This document shows positions 13,620-26,266 of a stretch of DNA of 64,000 bases, piece after piece. This stretch comes from Eledone cirrhosa (Eukaryota). The stretch lies in assembly GCA_964016885.1 (NCBI GenBank), contig OZ024746.1:62682001-62746000 (forward strand), read 5' to 3'. The translations under genes were made by a program, and so were the position numbers. The notes under the pieces are model-generated. The model did not search any database and was not told the origin of the DNA. It worked only from the letters and a program-made list of their open reading frames with translations. The stretch's first letter is position 1. Every line of letters starts with the position of its first letter.

Positions 13620-14278
13620 AATTAGGGACTGATCTGAGGCCGATTAACGCTTCACCTAGCAACCAACTGCGGTTTGAAAAAGTCTGTCTGATCTTGTCTT
13701 TCCATATCGTTGATTTTTTTTTTTACAAGTAAAATTACGTCGAAAAATATTTTTATAATATGAAACTTCCACTCTGCAAAATAAGAATTTAACTGTTTGC
13801 ATTCTTTTTCACATAGCTCATCTGACCTGGGGCTAAACAACAACAATAACAAGTACTAATTGAAATTACACATGCACGTATGTATGTGTGTGTATGTATG
13901 TATGAGGTATGGCAGTGAATCAATAGTTGAGTACATACACACATGGATAAACAAGCATATCAGACACCTTGGAGCTGTTTATTCTACACATTATACAGGT
14001 TATATGTAAACTGTTACATAACAATAATACAGGAGATTTACAGGAGAAAAGAGAAGAAAGGAGGCAAGAAGTTATGGTGTTCATTGTTTCTGTAAAATCA
14101 TTAGTTTCCAGAAGTGAAACAGTCATAACCGGACATGAAAAACAGATTACTAACATGGCTCCTAAGGCTTTCTCATTGTTGCATTCTAACCAACACACAC
14201 AATACAAATATAGGGAAACATGAATACATATAACATAACTGTGTGTGTATGTGCATGTGTGAGAGAGAGAGAGAGAGA

Positions 14279-14517
14279 ATAAGCACCCAGTCCACACTGT
14301 AAAGTGCTCGTGTAGGTGTCACAGTAAAAAAGCACCCAATACTCACTGTAAATGAGGTTGGTGTTAGGAAGGGCATCCAGCTGTAGAAATCAAGCCAAAA
14401 TCAGTTCTGTATGAGCAAGATATGGTCACCTGACCTGGCATTGCCCACAACAAGACAACCCGTCTAACCCACGCTAGCGTGGAAGAATGGATGTAAAACG
14501 GTGTTGATGATGATGAT
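14279..14517 (+). mobile_element. RTE-B 3' UTR fragment with (TGA)n tail
   Basis: Reverse complement of ~53835-54070, including the segment absent from SINE-A. Confidence 0.8.
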
Positions 14518-14761
14518 ATCAACCACTTTACAGAGTGTGTTGGGTGATTATTTATCATGTAAATTACCAACACTAGGGAGGTTTTCATGTCGATGGCACA
14601 GTTGAAGAGCTCTCCGACCCTTTGTTTAACAAGTTTTATATGGCTGGATACCCTTCCTATCACCAACCACTTTACAGAGTGAACCAGCAATGTGAAAGGT
14701 ACTGTGGTGATAACAGCCAAATGTAGAAACAATTATATATTATACTTCATTTAACTAGTAA

Positions 14762-15161
14762 CATCTCATATACATATAATGGTGATGGATTGGCAGTACC
14801 GGTAGAAGGTCGGACACCATGCTTTGCAGCATGGAGTTATGCCCCTTTATGGTCTGAGTTCAAATCCTGCCAAGGTTAACTTTGCCTTTCTTTCATCCTT
14901 ACGGGGGTCGATAAAATAAAGTACCAGTAATGCACTGGTAATGCATCTCATATACATATAATGGTGATGGATTGGTAGTACCGGTAGAAGGTTGGACACC
15001 ATGCTTTGCAGCATGGAGTTATGCCCCTTTATGGTCTGAGTTCAAATCCTGCCGAGGTTAACTTTGCCTTTCTTTCATCCTTACGGGGGTCGATAAAATA
15101 AAGTACCAGTAATGCACTGGGGTAATTGCTGGCCTTGTGCCAAAAAAGTAGAAACAATTAT
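14762..15161 (+). mobile_element. SINE-B, head-to-tail duplicated together with its 5' flank (182-bp period)
   Basis: Units begin at 14762 and 14944 (CATCTCATATACATATAATGGTGATGG). A box TGGCAGTACCGG, B box GAGTTCAAATCC, core GGTTAACTTTGCCTTTC..ATCCTTACGGGGGTCGATAAAATAAAGTACCAG (resembles a Nin/Deu-type SINE domain, from memory). Confidence 0.85.
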
Positions 15162-15212
15162 ATATACATATATAGATATGTGTGTGTGTGTGTGCTTTGA
15201 GTAATTATACAT

Positions 15213-15244
<32 letters not shown>

Positions 15245-15530
15245 CTTCAACTATATAGAATTTACAATCAAATCTCATACACTTAACACGTATGAGCAGC
15301 CATAGGTTTCGGGGTCTAGTTATGGCCACCATTGTAGAGTGGAGGAGCTGTTCTAAACCTAGCATCTCTCAAATGAAAGAAAGAACAGGGATGCAAGATG
15401 GTGAACTATGTCATCCGAATAAAACTTTGAAATTTTCAATTGTTTAAGAAAAATGTCCAGAGCTGAAGTAGCCAACAAAACATTGACCTATTTAACAATG
15501 AGCAGCTGGTAGATCAAGTCAACTGAATGC

Positions 15531-15565
<35 letters not shown>

Positions 15566-15764
15566 CTGTATACAATATATTCAGTACAAATACATTATAT
15601 ACATATTCTGTCATACACACACTATATACATATCTTGACATACACTATGTACACAGAACACACTTTGCTCTGAAAATAAAACAAATTTCTCTTGACATTT
15701 AACTATCACTGAAACAGTTTACACAACAGAAGCAGTTACAACTACATAGATTAAGAAAAGGGCC

Positions 15765-15930
15765 TCTATGTGGTTACTTAATCTGCTAGAAACAGCAGCC
15801 AAATATACCTCAAATTATATTTTACTGTCAAGGACTTATTTGATAATGTATGCCTAAATACTCCTAAAAAGCATAGGATGGTCATGGCTGGAATGTTTTA
15901 GGTCATACATCTGCTCTACCAGGATTAACT
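15765..15930 (+). repeat. Old unclassified dispersed repeat ending in (AAC)n (pieces also at ~13815, 20790-20855, 27070-27240, 41125-41340, 41390-41610, 51640-52003)
   Basis: Shared motifs CTGCTAGAAA.AGCAGCCAAAT, GGATGGTCATGGCTGGAATG and GACC.GGGGCTAAACAACAAC. Confidence 0.6.
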
Positions 15931-18900
15931 ATGATCCTTTACGAATGAAAATAAATTCTACTATTACTAAAACTGTTACATAACCAATTCCAGAGAAACT
16001 AATCCAAAACCAGAGCACATTACAACAACCGAGTAACCTGACTTGCCTAGACTCAGCCAGTCTAAGCCATTTCCTTTATCCTACACTTTGGCATAACATT
16101 GTTTCTTCATGCATTTATTAAAATACAATTCAGCTTTGTAGAGTTAATTACAATTCTTTCTCCTTTTCTCCAATTGCTGTTGAAATCTGAAGACTATATA
16201 TATATAGAGTTGAGAGATATCAACCTTCACTCTCTAAGCAATCAACATTCTGAACAGCAGGGACATTCATTCCTTTACAAACTAATGGAATAGGTGCCAT
16301 TTTGATTTTTGTTCATCATTTTCTAAGAACAGTAACCTATTGAGAATACCATTAAACTTAGATAAAAGAATTTCTCTTTACAATAAAATATTTCGAAATA
16401 TCATTGAACAGTACCAATCAACACTGGCTGACCAAGCTATAGAATAATGATAAATGAACAAATATTTCACAGCAGTAACCTTATAGAGCAAATGTTTGAG
16501 ATGTGCTTATGGATTGGATTTTATTGTTTATTGTTCCATCGGCATTCAAGCTGTGACCATCTTGTTTTTGCTTTAAGCACGCCATAACTTTTATAACAGA
16601 AATACTTGATATATTTAGTTTAAATGGTCAAAGTAATTGGGGTGAGACTTAGCTGCTAGAGCTGTACAGACTAAGTTCAAATGTCTTGCTTTCACACACC
16701 ACGTTTCAATTTATTTCATTTCAAAAGATTTAGAAACCAATTCCCAACAGAAGAATTCAAAGCATGACCTTGATGAGAGCTTCACCAATTAATTTTTGCC
16801 AATATTCCTCAAACAAGAGTTAATTAATATTACTGTTAGTTAATTCTAATCAGCTCAGTTTTGGTGAGACTTATGGTACAGAAGATAGCTGATATAACTA
16901 AGCAGTCAATCAACATTCCTATGTGTGGATAAAGTAAAGTTAACCCCCTTTTCTGAATCACAAGGAATTATAGGCTTTTGGTTATGTCAAATAGCTGAAA
17001 GATAACTCTCTCTGTAGAGGATACTGATACAGAAGATAATTTCTATCTGTGGAAAGAATTCCAACACAGTATTACTGCAAACCAATAAATCAATTTCACT
17101 GTGTTTTTCTGGGACATGTTGTTCTAAGATTTAGGATTAGAAACAAGAATGGGTTTATTTTTTTTTTTATTTTTTTTTTTTTTAAAGATAATGGGAAATA
17201 AGGAAGTTGGCACAGAGAGATTTAGCTGTTTTGTTGAAGTAATCAAGCAGTTACAAACAGAGTATCTCACCGACTCTTTATTATTATTGGATGATATAAG
17301 TGAGGGGGGGGGGGGGGGAGACTTAGATAACTATACATGTTTTAATGGCTATAACTGTTATAAAGACTAAGACATGGCAACCTTCAAACCATTTGGATTA
17401 AAAAAGAAAAGAATTATATTGGAAATGGTTCAAATAACTATAATCTTCTTCCCCACTTATTCTTGGGAGGGTCGTAGGAATAGAGTCCTTCTGCTTTATA
17501 AAATTTAGCCTAATGCTCCACTAAAAGATATCAATAATTATAGGAAAAAGAGTCTTTAGTCTTTGCAACATATGTTTCTCAATAGCAAAATTAATGTGAT
17601 ATCTCTCTCTCTCTCTTTGATAGTAGTTAAAATAATCTTTAGTAAAGACAGGTATGTAACCATGACCAAAATCTATGCCAAATTAAATATTCAACATTAT
17701 CTCGTTTTTGATTTTTTTTTAATTCTGTTTCAAGATTTTCTCAAGTTTCCATGTTAGTATTGATTTTAGATAGTTCAATTGTTAAAGCAGGTGTTTAAGA
17801 GTCACATTTCTAAACCAGACAATTATTGAGACAGTTAAACTGATATAAGTGAACATTGTTATGCCTTACCAACAACCATAATGTAATAATATCTGCAGTA
17901 GAATTTGAAACTGAACTTACAAGGAATAAATAACCTCAAAACTAGATAAGTCAGTGATAATATATTTAACACATAGATCCTTAAAAACCCAACTATGTGG
18001 TGAGGGAAAAGATAATATTACCCAATGAATCATTGTTTAACATTTATTTTTCATGCTTGATGCGTTAGGTAGGGTATCACATTATGAGGTTAGACAGGTA
18101 AAGTGATCATCTCTTGCTCATACAATCCATTTTTGACTTGGTTTTCTATGGTTGGATCCTCTTCCTAATATCAACCAGTTTATAGTGTGGACTGGGTAGG
18201 TTTTGTTATACAACCAGTACAACAAACTTACCAGGTGGGCTAGGTGTTTTTTGTCATATCACCAGGATACACCAAGTGTGTTTTATTATGTCACCACAGC
18301 TACCACATTATGACATTTGGATGCTTGCAAATGATTTTGACCCAGCTAAGAAGCAATGACAAGAATAAGATTATTATTATTATTATTAATGTTCCACAAG
18401 ACAACTCTGGATTCTGGTCTTATCAGTGAAACATTTCTTCCACTGCATTTGCCAAAGTACCAGGTATATTTTTCCTTAGATCTATAAATTAAACATTAGT
18501 AAAATATTTGGATCAACTATATACTTCAAGTTAGTGCCCCAACATGGTCAAAGTCAAATGGTACAGAAATTAAATAATGCAGGGACACCAAATAACTAAG
18601 ATGACAATAGGTAAGATACACTACATTTCATTACATATCCTTAAAACAATTCTCTCTTTTTTCCATTTAAAATAATTTGCTGTTAGCAATTCATACCTCA
18701 TTAGAGGTTTCCATATTAGATTAAGAATCAGAGCATATAATGAGAAAAATAAAAGAGGCAAAGCATTTAACATTAATAAGATACACGATCAATAAGTCTG
18801 TTACACATTTCAGTCATTACTGGAAAAGACTTAAATATTCCAAAATGGCATCTATATTTCTATTGGACCATGGTTAAGTGGGGTTAGATGTAAAGGTTTA

Positions 18901-21210
18901 AAGTTGAAATGCAGCCTAGAGATATGCTTAGAACTGCATGTATGTATGTATGTATAAATGGATGGGTGGATGGATGTGATTGGAAAATGTAATAGCAATG
19001 GCTAGTTACTCCTGCAAATGTGCCAGGAGCTAAGTCTTTGTACAACTAAAACTTTCTTCCAGCTTAAGGAGAATCACAAGACAACCTGGATGCAACCAGG
19101 TTCAAAGCAGTGACACACATGTATATATGTATAAATGGATGGATGGATGTATAGTGCAGCTAAAGACTATCAGCAATTAAACAATATCGAAAGTATAGTG
19201 TGGCAGAAAAGTACTAGTGAATATGCTGACAAATATACAACATATGATGTGGTTAATAATGTAGTAAAAAAACATTTGACATGTCATCTCACTTGAGCTA
19301 TTTGAAACTAAAGCAGAATAGAGTCAGTCCAAATAAAATCTCTTACTCATATATAAAACTATTTAATGAAATGTTCTTATGACCAGACATGAACTATTAT
19401 CAACTAAGTAACTCTGAACTGAATGACCAGATAGGTAGCAATTTTGCTACATATATAATCACAAAATTACACTGTACTATATACTGGCTATAAGAAGGTT
19501 GCTATCTAATTATTTCATTTCATTTCATTACCACCACCACCACCCCCAACCAATTTCACAAGGTCAAGACATAAACATTAACATTATTCAGCTAGATACA
19601 GAAAAAAGTTTAGTTTCTGGCAAGCCAAGCATGGGGCCCAGGTTAGACTTTGCTGGGTTCATTTAACCTCACTTCTGTTAATAATGCTTGAGAAATGCAG
19701 AATCATATAATCTTCTTTTGTTACTGCAAATAAATTTGTAGTCTAACACACAAAAAAGTTCACTGTGACTAGAAAATCTTCCTTGTTATAAAACATGGTT
19801 TTAACAAGTTTCCAATACATATGCATATACAGAGCTAGATACATGTAGCTAGATACATGCAGCTAGATAGAATGACCATTGAATCTGATTATGATCCTCT
19901 GCAGAACCGTTTGTAATACTTCTAAATCCTTCATGTAAGCTTTGGAGACAGATAGGTATGTAAATGTTTGGTTGTAGAAGCCAGATGTAGTTGCATGTAT
20001 AGCTCTTTTCTGGAGGGGGGGGGGTAAGAAAGATAGGTAGTAGGAGAGAGGGGACGATGAAGAGAGGGGGATATGTGAGAAAGAGGGGGAGGAGAGAGAA
20101 GAGAGGGGAAGAGATGTGGGAGGGAAGAGGGGAATAGTGGAAGGGAGAAGGGTATGAGTGAGGGAGAGAAGAGAGATGGGAAGTGAGAGATTGGCTCTTA
20201 TTCTCCTGTTTTTATTTGCTGTTCTGTTCAATACATACATTGACCATGGACAAAAAAAAGAAAATGAAGGTAATCAAGGCTTTCCAACTAAAGTTGTATT
20301 TACATAGACATAAACCAAGCAGATCTTCAATAAATTATCTCTCTCTCTCTCTCTCTCCACATATCTAAATCTTATGTCATACTTTATCTGTGTATGTAAC
20401 ACAGCATTTCAGGTTTGTTCTCACCACTTCTCTCCAAGACTACTGGTATAGTCTAACACAATGATTCCCAGACATTCTTATTACATTGCTCTTTATTATC
20501 ATAAGTAGTAGTAGTAGTTGTAGTATTTATTGTTTAGTCAGGGAGCTGGAAGGGAAATGGTCATAACCCTTTTCAGGTTGTCAAGATTGGTAAGAATGGG
20601 ATGAGGAAGGCATCCCTAAACCAGAAATGTGATCTAAATGTTTGCAATAGAATTCATCAACATCATCATCATCATCATCTTGTTTAAATGTCTATTTTCC
20701 ATGCTTGCATACATTCCTTACATCATACACTGTCTTTTTTTTTATTTTAAAAGGGACATGATCTGAAGCAAAAAAAAAAAATGTTCAAGGCTAGAGAGCT
20801 TTTGATCATGTGTATACTTGATCAGGGCTGACCCAAGGCTAAACAATAACAACAACTCATGGCACATTTTCATATTATTCAACCAGACAAAGTATCAACA
20901 GTACAGTCATCTCTCCAACACTGCAATCCCTTGAAACTCCCTTCCAATAACATAACTTTCTAACAGCAATTCAAAAAGAACATCAAATACAATAATCTAG
21001 AAGAGTGAACAAAAAGGTCAGAGGTACTGCACCGCCCCCCATGGACTAATTAATAGAAACACACGCCTTTCATCGTACTGGATTGGTAAATTTGAGTCGT
21101 TTTTATAACCTTGTATTTCTTACACATAACGTCTGCCTTTTGTATAAAGAGAGAAGCTTTGCATTGTCAATAAAAGCAACTATTCTCCGAATTCTTTGCA
21201 CCTTTGAACT

Positions 21211-21463
21211 TTATCCATTATGCTATCACTACCTTTCAATACTAAATGCTTTATGAATCTTGTGCAGTGCCTCACAAATTTTCAACTGGGTTGACTTTGC
21301 CTTTCAGCAAACTGAGAGCAATAAAAGGAAATGGGATTATCCATTATGCTATCACTACCTTTCAATACTAAATGCTTTATGAATCTTGTGCAGTGCCTCA
21401 CAAGTTTTCAACTGGGGTTGACTTTGCCTTTCAGCAAACTGAGAGCAATAAAAGGAAATGGGA
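21211..21463. repeat. Near-perfect 126-bp tandem duplication
   Basis: 21211-21336 versus 21337-21463; one substitution and one extra G visible. Confidence 0.92.
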
Positions 21464-21986
21464 GAAAATATTAGCAGTCAAATAAGTCAACTAAATTTTT
21501 CCTTCTCCCCTGCAAATACAATGGATATGTGTAAAAGAGAAATCAATATTATTCTGTTCAGATTGTACAAATCTATTTAGTCAAGAATAAACATTTATCA
21601 CATATATAAACAGCATCATAGCATCATCTCCATTTTGTGTGAAGGTTTAGAAAACTGTTTATTCAAATTCTTTCAGAAGATTATTTCAATTTGCCAATAA
21701 TCTTTTTTACAAGACATTCATGCCATTAATTTTACTAATTGGTTAAATTTTCGGACAATCCCACACATAACCAACTACTAATATGACTTGCAACCACTAA
21801 ACTCCACTACCAATACTTCAGATAATAAACCTTAACCCAAATACAAGAAATCTTTTCAAGCAGTAGTCCACATGAGATATGGTTCATCATATGGAGGGAC
21901 ATTCTACTACAAAGATTCAAGCTAACTGTTCATTAAATGTGCCATACAGTAAGCCAAACAGGCTGTATGTGGTCCACAAGCTACAG

Positions 21987-22212
21987 TTAACCTTTCACTA
22001 CTGTATTTTAAAAAATATATACTGCCTGTTTCAATAATTTTTGAAAATAACTAAATTTGCCATCAGTAATCTGATAGTTATGACATTACTTAAAATTTTC
22101 TAAAATAAAATTATGATGGAAGGTTTTAATATAAAAATAAACATTTTAAAATAAGCAGTTTTGTATCATAAATTCAAAGCAATATCAGGCAGTTCAGTAT
22201 CAAAAGGGTTAA
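21987..22212 (+). mobile_element. piggyBac-type MITE family 2, uninterrupted copy
   Basis: TTAACCTTTCACTAC ... GTATCAAAAGGGTTAA. Confidence 0.75.
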
Positions 22213-22686
22213 ACTCGATTCAAAATCAAATTGTTTTCATGAAAACAATAGACATTAAAAAGACACATTACTGAAGAATCATAAACTATGTAGTCCTGTG
22301 CTTATTCTTATAAAACTGATTAATACATATGTATATTTAATTCTAGTGAGACTGAATATGAAAATACCTGACAGCTTGTGAATGAACACATAACTATGTA
22401 AATAAATGAACAATTGAGTGAACAAATGACTATCATATATATAAGGTAACTTAGTATAGGAGATGAATCCCAGAATTTCTATTTTGACATGTATATTTTC
22501 ACAGTAGTAGGTTACAAATGTTGGTTTAGATTCAACATATGGGATATATTCATTGTAATATATTAGAAGGTTGCAAAACAGCAAAGTTGTTAGAACATTC
22601 GATAGAATGCTTTGCAGTATTCATTCTATCCTGCTGAGGTCAATTTTGACATTTCATCTTTTTGAGGTTGATAAATAAAATGGCAG

Positions 22687-23264
22687 TTAACCCTTTAGCA
22701 TTTACATTACTCTATCATCATTTCATTTTACGTCCGCTTTTTCCCTGCTTGCAAGGGTGGGACGGGAACTGATTCTGGCTTGATTTCTACAGCTGGATGC
22801 CCTTCCTAACACCAACCTCATTTATAGTGAGTGCTGGGTGCTTTTTTGCCGTGGCACCTCCACCACCACTTTGCAGTGGAATGATATGGACCCCTGTCCC
22901 TATCATCTCATTTCTACAGCTGAGTAAACTGGAGCAATGTGAAATAAAGTGTCTTACTCAAGGAAACAACACATCACCTGGTCTGAGAATTGAACTCACA
23001 ACCTTTCGATTGCAAGGCCAATGCTCTAACCACTAAGCCATGTGCCTCCATGTATATGCCTCCTATATATATACTATTGTATTTTTGTGGTAAAGGCTTT
23101 ACCTTACATAACCATTTCACATAATATGGAATCTACAAGATTTTGATGTTATTTATTTTGAGAACAATGTCAGTATGAGTGACCAGTTAAGTTACAGTTG
23201 GTTTAAGAATAAGAGGTGAGAGAATTCTGGCCGGATATGGCCGGTTTAAATACTAAAGGGTTAA
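22687..23264 (+). mobile_element. MITE family 1 interrupted by SINE-A
   Basis: Both TTAA/TIR ends intact; the MITE sequence CTCTAT|ATATACTATTG is split by the SINE. Confidence 0.85.
22715..23049 (-). mobile_element. SINE-A (one-unit variant)
   Basis: Near-identical to 7749-8136 but lacks one ~40-bp internal repeat unit. Confidence 0.88.
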
Positions 23265-23418
23265 TACAGTGATCAGCTCTTCCCCTTTCTCTCTAGCTCT
23301 CTCTTTTCCTCTGGGAGTATTTCACCATTTCAACCTGGAGAGGTATAAACCACACCAAGTTTAAAATGCTCCAAATGACATATGTAACAACAGTACTTCT
23401 ATAGCTCCATCACTAGGA

Positions 23419-23631
23419 TAAACCCTTTAGCATTTACATTACTTTATATTTATTATTGTATTTTCACATTAAACACTTTGTCTCACATAATATCGAATCT
23501 ATGAGATTTTGATATTATTTATTGAGAACAATACCTTAACAGCAGTATGAGCTGTCAGTTACGGCCGGTTTGAACAAAAAGAGGTGAGAAGATTCTGGCC
23601 GGATACAGCCTGTTTAAATGCTAACAGGTTA
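23419..23631 (+). mobile_element. piggyBac-type MITE family 1
   Basis: AACCCTTTAGCATTTACATTAC ... TTTAAATGCTAACAGGTTA. Confidence 0.8.
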
Positions 23632-24157
23632 CGGTCCATTCCATGGCAATATATTAGAAATGCTACTATAATAGACACTGCATGTATTTTCTTTGATTTT
23701 AAACTGTCTTGCTTGAAACAACCATAGGATTTCATTTAATTTAACACAATTAAACACCTGCAAAGTAACATTCCAATAACTTTGTTATTTTTAACATTTA
23801 CCCTAGATTATCTCTGAATGCCAACCACTTTGAAGAGTGTGTTGAGTGTATTTTATTGGGCATTAATATACACAGAGATCCTGTTAAGGATGAAAGCAGA
23901 GATTCTTTGCTTAAATTTTAATCTGTTCTTATAACAAATATTTGTTCTACAGGTTTATATATATCTTATATATAATCCTTATCGAGCCCTCTTTGGATTT
24001 CAGTCTTCGCATTTATTATTACTATATATATGTAAATCAAGATATAGTAAGAAAAAGGTTAAACCATTATTCACCAAGAGTACTTGATACTTGGAGTAGT
24101 AGAGTATGGTTATATGAAAGAGTTCCCCGACTCTTTTATATTTGTGTGTGTGTATGT

Positions 24158-24334
24158 TGACCATTACACATGTTTCACAAATGATTGGCTCGAGATTTAC
24201 ATCAATGAGATAAACCTAACTCCAGCATCAATCTGCTCCTTGGACATGTCGGGGTCCCAAAACATTTACACATCAAGTCTATCACATCGTTGTAAACTTT
24301 GAGCCAATCATCTGTGAAACATATGTAACAGTCA
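24158..24334. repeat. Imperfect inverted repeat (44-60 bp arms)
   Basis: TGACCATTACACATGTTTCACAAATGATTGGCTCGAGATTTACA versus TGTAAACTTTGAGCCAATCATCTGTGAAACATATGTAACAGTCA. Confidence 0.8.
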
Positions 24335-24365
24335 GTATAAAATAAAATCATTTTAAAGTAAAACT

Positions 24366-24468
24366 TCATCATATCACATATATACACACTTCCATTGTAT
24401 CATCATCATCACCATTTAATGTGAAGATGATGATGCAATGGCAGTGTGTATATATTATGATATGATGA
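24366..24468. repeat. Imperfect fold-back palindrome
   Basis: TCATCATATCA.ATATATACACACT.CCATTG.ATCATCATC mirrored by GATGATGATGCAATGGCAGTGTGTATATATTATGATATGATGA. Confidence 0.8.
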
Positions 24469-24542
24469 CATTTCGACGACTTATATTGGTACCACCTCCA
24501 GTAATCAACAAAGTTACTGAATAACCTACATTATATACACAC

Positions 24543-24712
24543 TCGGTAGAGTGTCGGACGCCATGTTTGCAACATAGTTACATCCCTTTACGATCTGAGT
24601 TCAAATCCCGCCAAGGTTGACTTTGCCCTTCATCCTTACGGGGGTCGATAAAATAAAGTACCAGTAATGCACTGGGTAATTGCTGGCCTTGTGCCTAACG
24701 TAGAAACAATTA
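24543..24712 (+). mobile_element. SINE-B, slightly 5'-truncated, 13-bp TSD
   Basis: TSD ATTATATACACAC at 24530 and 24709; B box GAGTTCAAATCCC. Confidence 0.85.
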
Positions 24713-25186
24713 TATACACACGTGCTTTTTCTCAAAACAATCTTTTCCGTTCCTTCCTTTTCTCACTGTCTCTTTATTTCATCTTTTATTCCTCATTCTA
24801 TTTTCTGATAAAAAACAAAAAACAAACTAGTACCCACTAGTTTTCCTACTATATCAAGCGTTAAACTAATATATTATTCATTGTGCTGTGTTGTTTGCTT
24901 TGTTGTTTCTGTTGACTTTTGCATGCATATATAATATATGGCATGATACAATGTACCCAATACACCCTGTAAAGTAGTTAGTGTCAGGAAAGGCATCCAG
25001 TTGCCAAAAATAGAGAATGTGTGAGTGAAACTATTTTTCCGAGCTGTGTAAGAAGGCAATAACACCATATAAGAACTGTCTCAGGCCACAACGACCTGTC
25101 CAACTTATGCCACTATGGAAAGCAGACATAAAATGATGATGGTGATATGCTGTGGATTAAAAATAAATTCACTAATAATGGAAAGC

Positions 25187-25269
<83 letters not shown>

Positions 25270-25271
<2 letters not shown>

Positions 25272-25823
25272 CATCATCATCATCGTTTAACGTCCATGTT
25301 CCACGCTTGCATGGGTTTGGACGGGAGTTTTCCCACTTGAGGCAAGGGTGGTTGTCTTGCTCGCATAGGACTGTCTGGCGGGTTTTCTACAGCTGGATGC
25401 CCTTCCTAACACCAACCACATTTACAGTGTGGAACTGGGAGGTTTTTACCGTGTTGCCTACACGGCCACATTACAGCGTGGACTGTGTGTTTTTTTGTCG
25501 TGACACCTACACAATCTCATTTGTTTCGGCCTGGATGTTGTGGCACCAACATAACTTTACATTGAAAGGGGCGGTGTGGATGGGGTGGGGGTGGTGGGAC
25601 GGGGGTGTATTTTGTATATGCTTTGCCGTTCACGTATATTACTATTACACATCCAGCGGAGCATGCAAGCTTCGTTCCTCTCTAGTCTGCGTATATCCTC
25701 TGCACACAATGCACAGGTCTCACTGCCATGCAACATTGCTGTTCGTATGCAGGCATCATACAACCTGCCTTTCATTTTTAGGGAGAACCCTTTAGCGGCT
25801 AATAGTGGTATAAGCTCTCTGAA

Positions 25824-25825
<2 letters not shown>
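25270..25825 (-). mobile_element. RTE-B sister-subfamily fragment with an internal deletion, inside (TA)n
   Basis: Encodes KFRELIPLLAAKGFSLKMKGRLYDACIRTAMLHGSET..ERQSI, then jumps into a divergent 3' UTR with an (ATG)n tail. Confidence 0.85.
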
Positions 25826-25859
<34 letters not shown>

Positions 25860-26079
25860 TAAATTAGCGAGAATCGTATTTCGGTTTAGGAATTAACGAA
25901 AAACAACTTCCGAGATGTGTGGCAAGCGCTCGATGATTCAGATGAACCAGAGCTACAACATACGTTAAAGGCCAAACACACTGAGACGATGGTTAAACAA
26001 ACATCCGCACAGCCAAAGAAACGACCAAGTAATTCGGGTCAAACAATAAAAATATAGGTATATATATATATATATATAG

Positions 26080-26266
26080 CGAGGGAAAAGTGGTAAGGAA
26101 CCAGGTGGACCATAACGCACCAAAGTACTCAATACCTAGGGTAGTAGAGTGGGTAATAGGAGTAAGTCAGACCCCGACGGCTGAGCTCAAGCCGTTTCAA
26201 CGGCTAATTCTGTACAGAATTAGCCGTCGAAACGGCTTGAGCTCAGCCGTCGGGGTCTGACTTACT

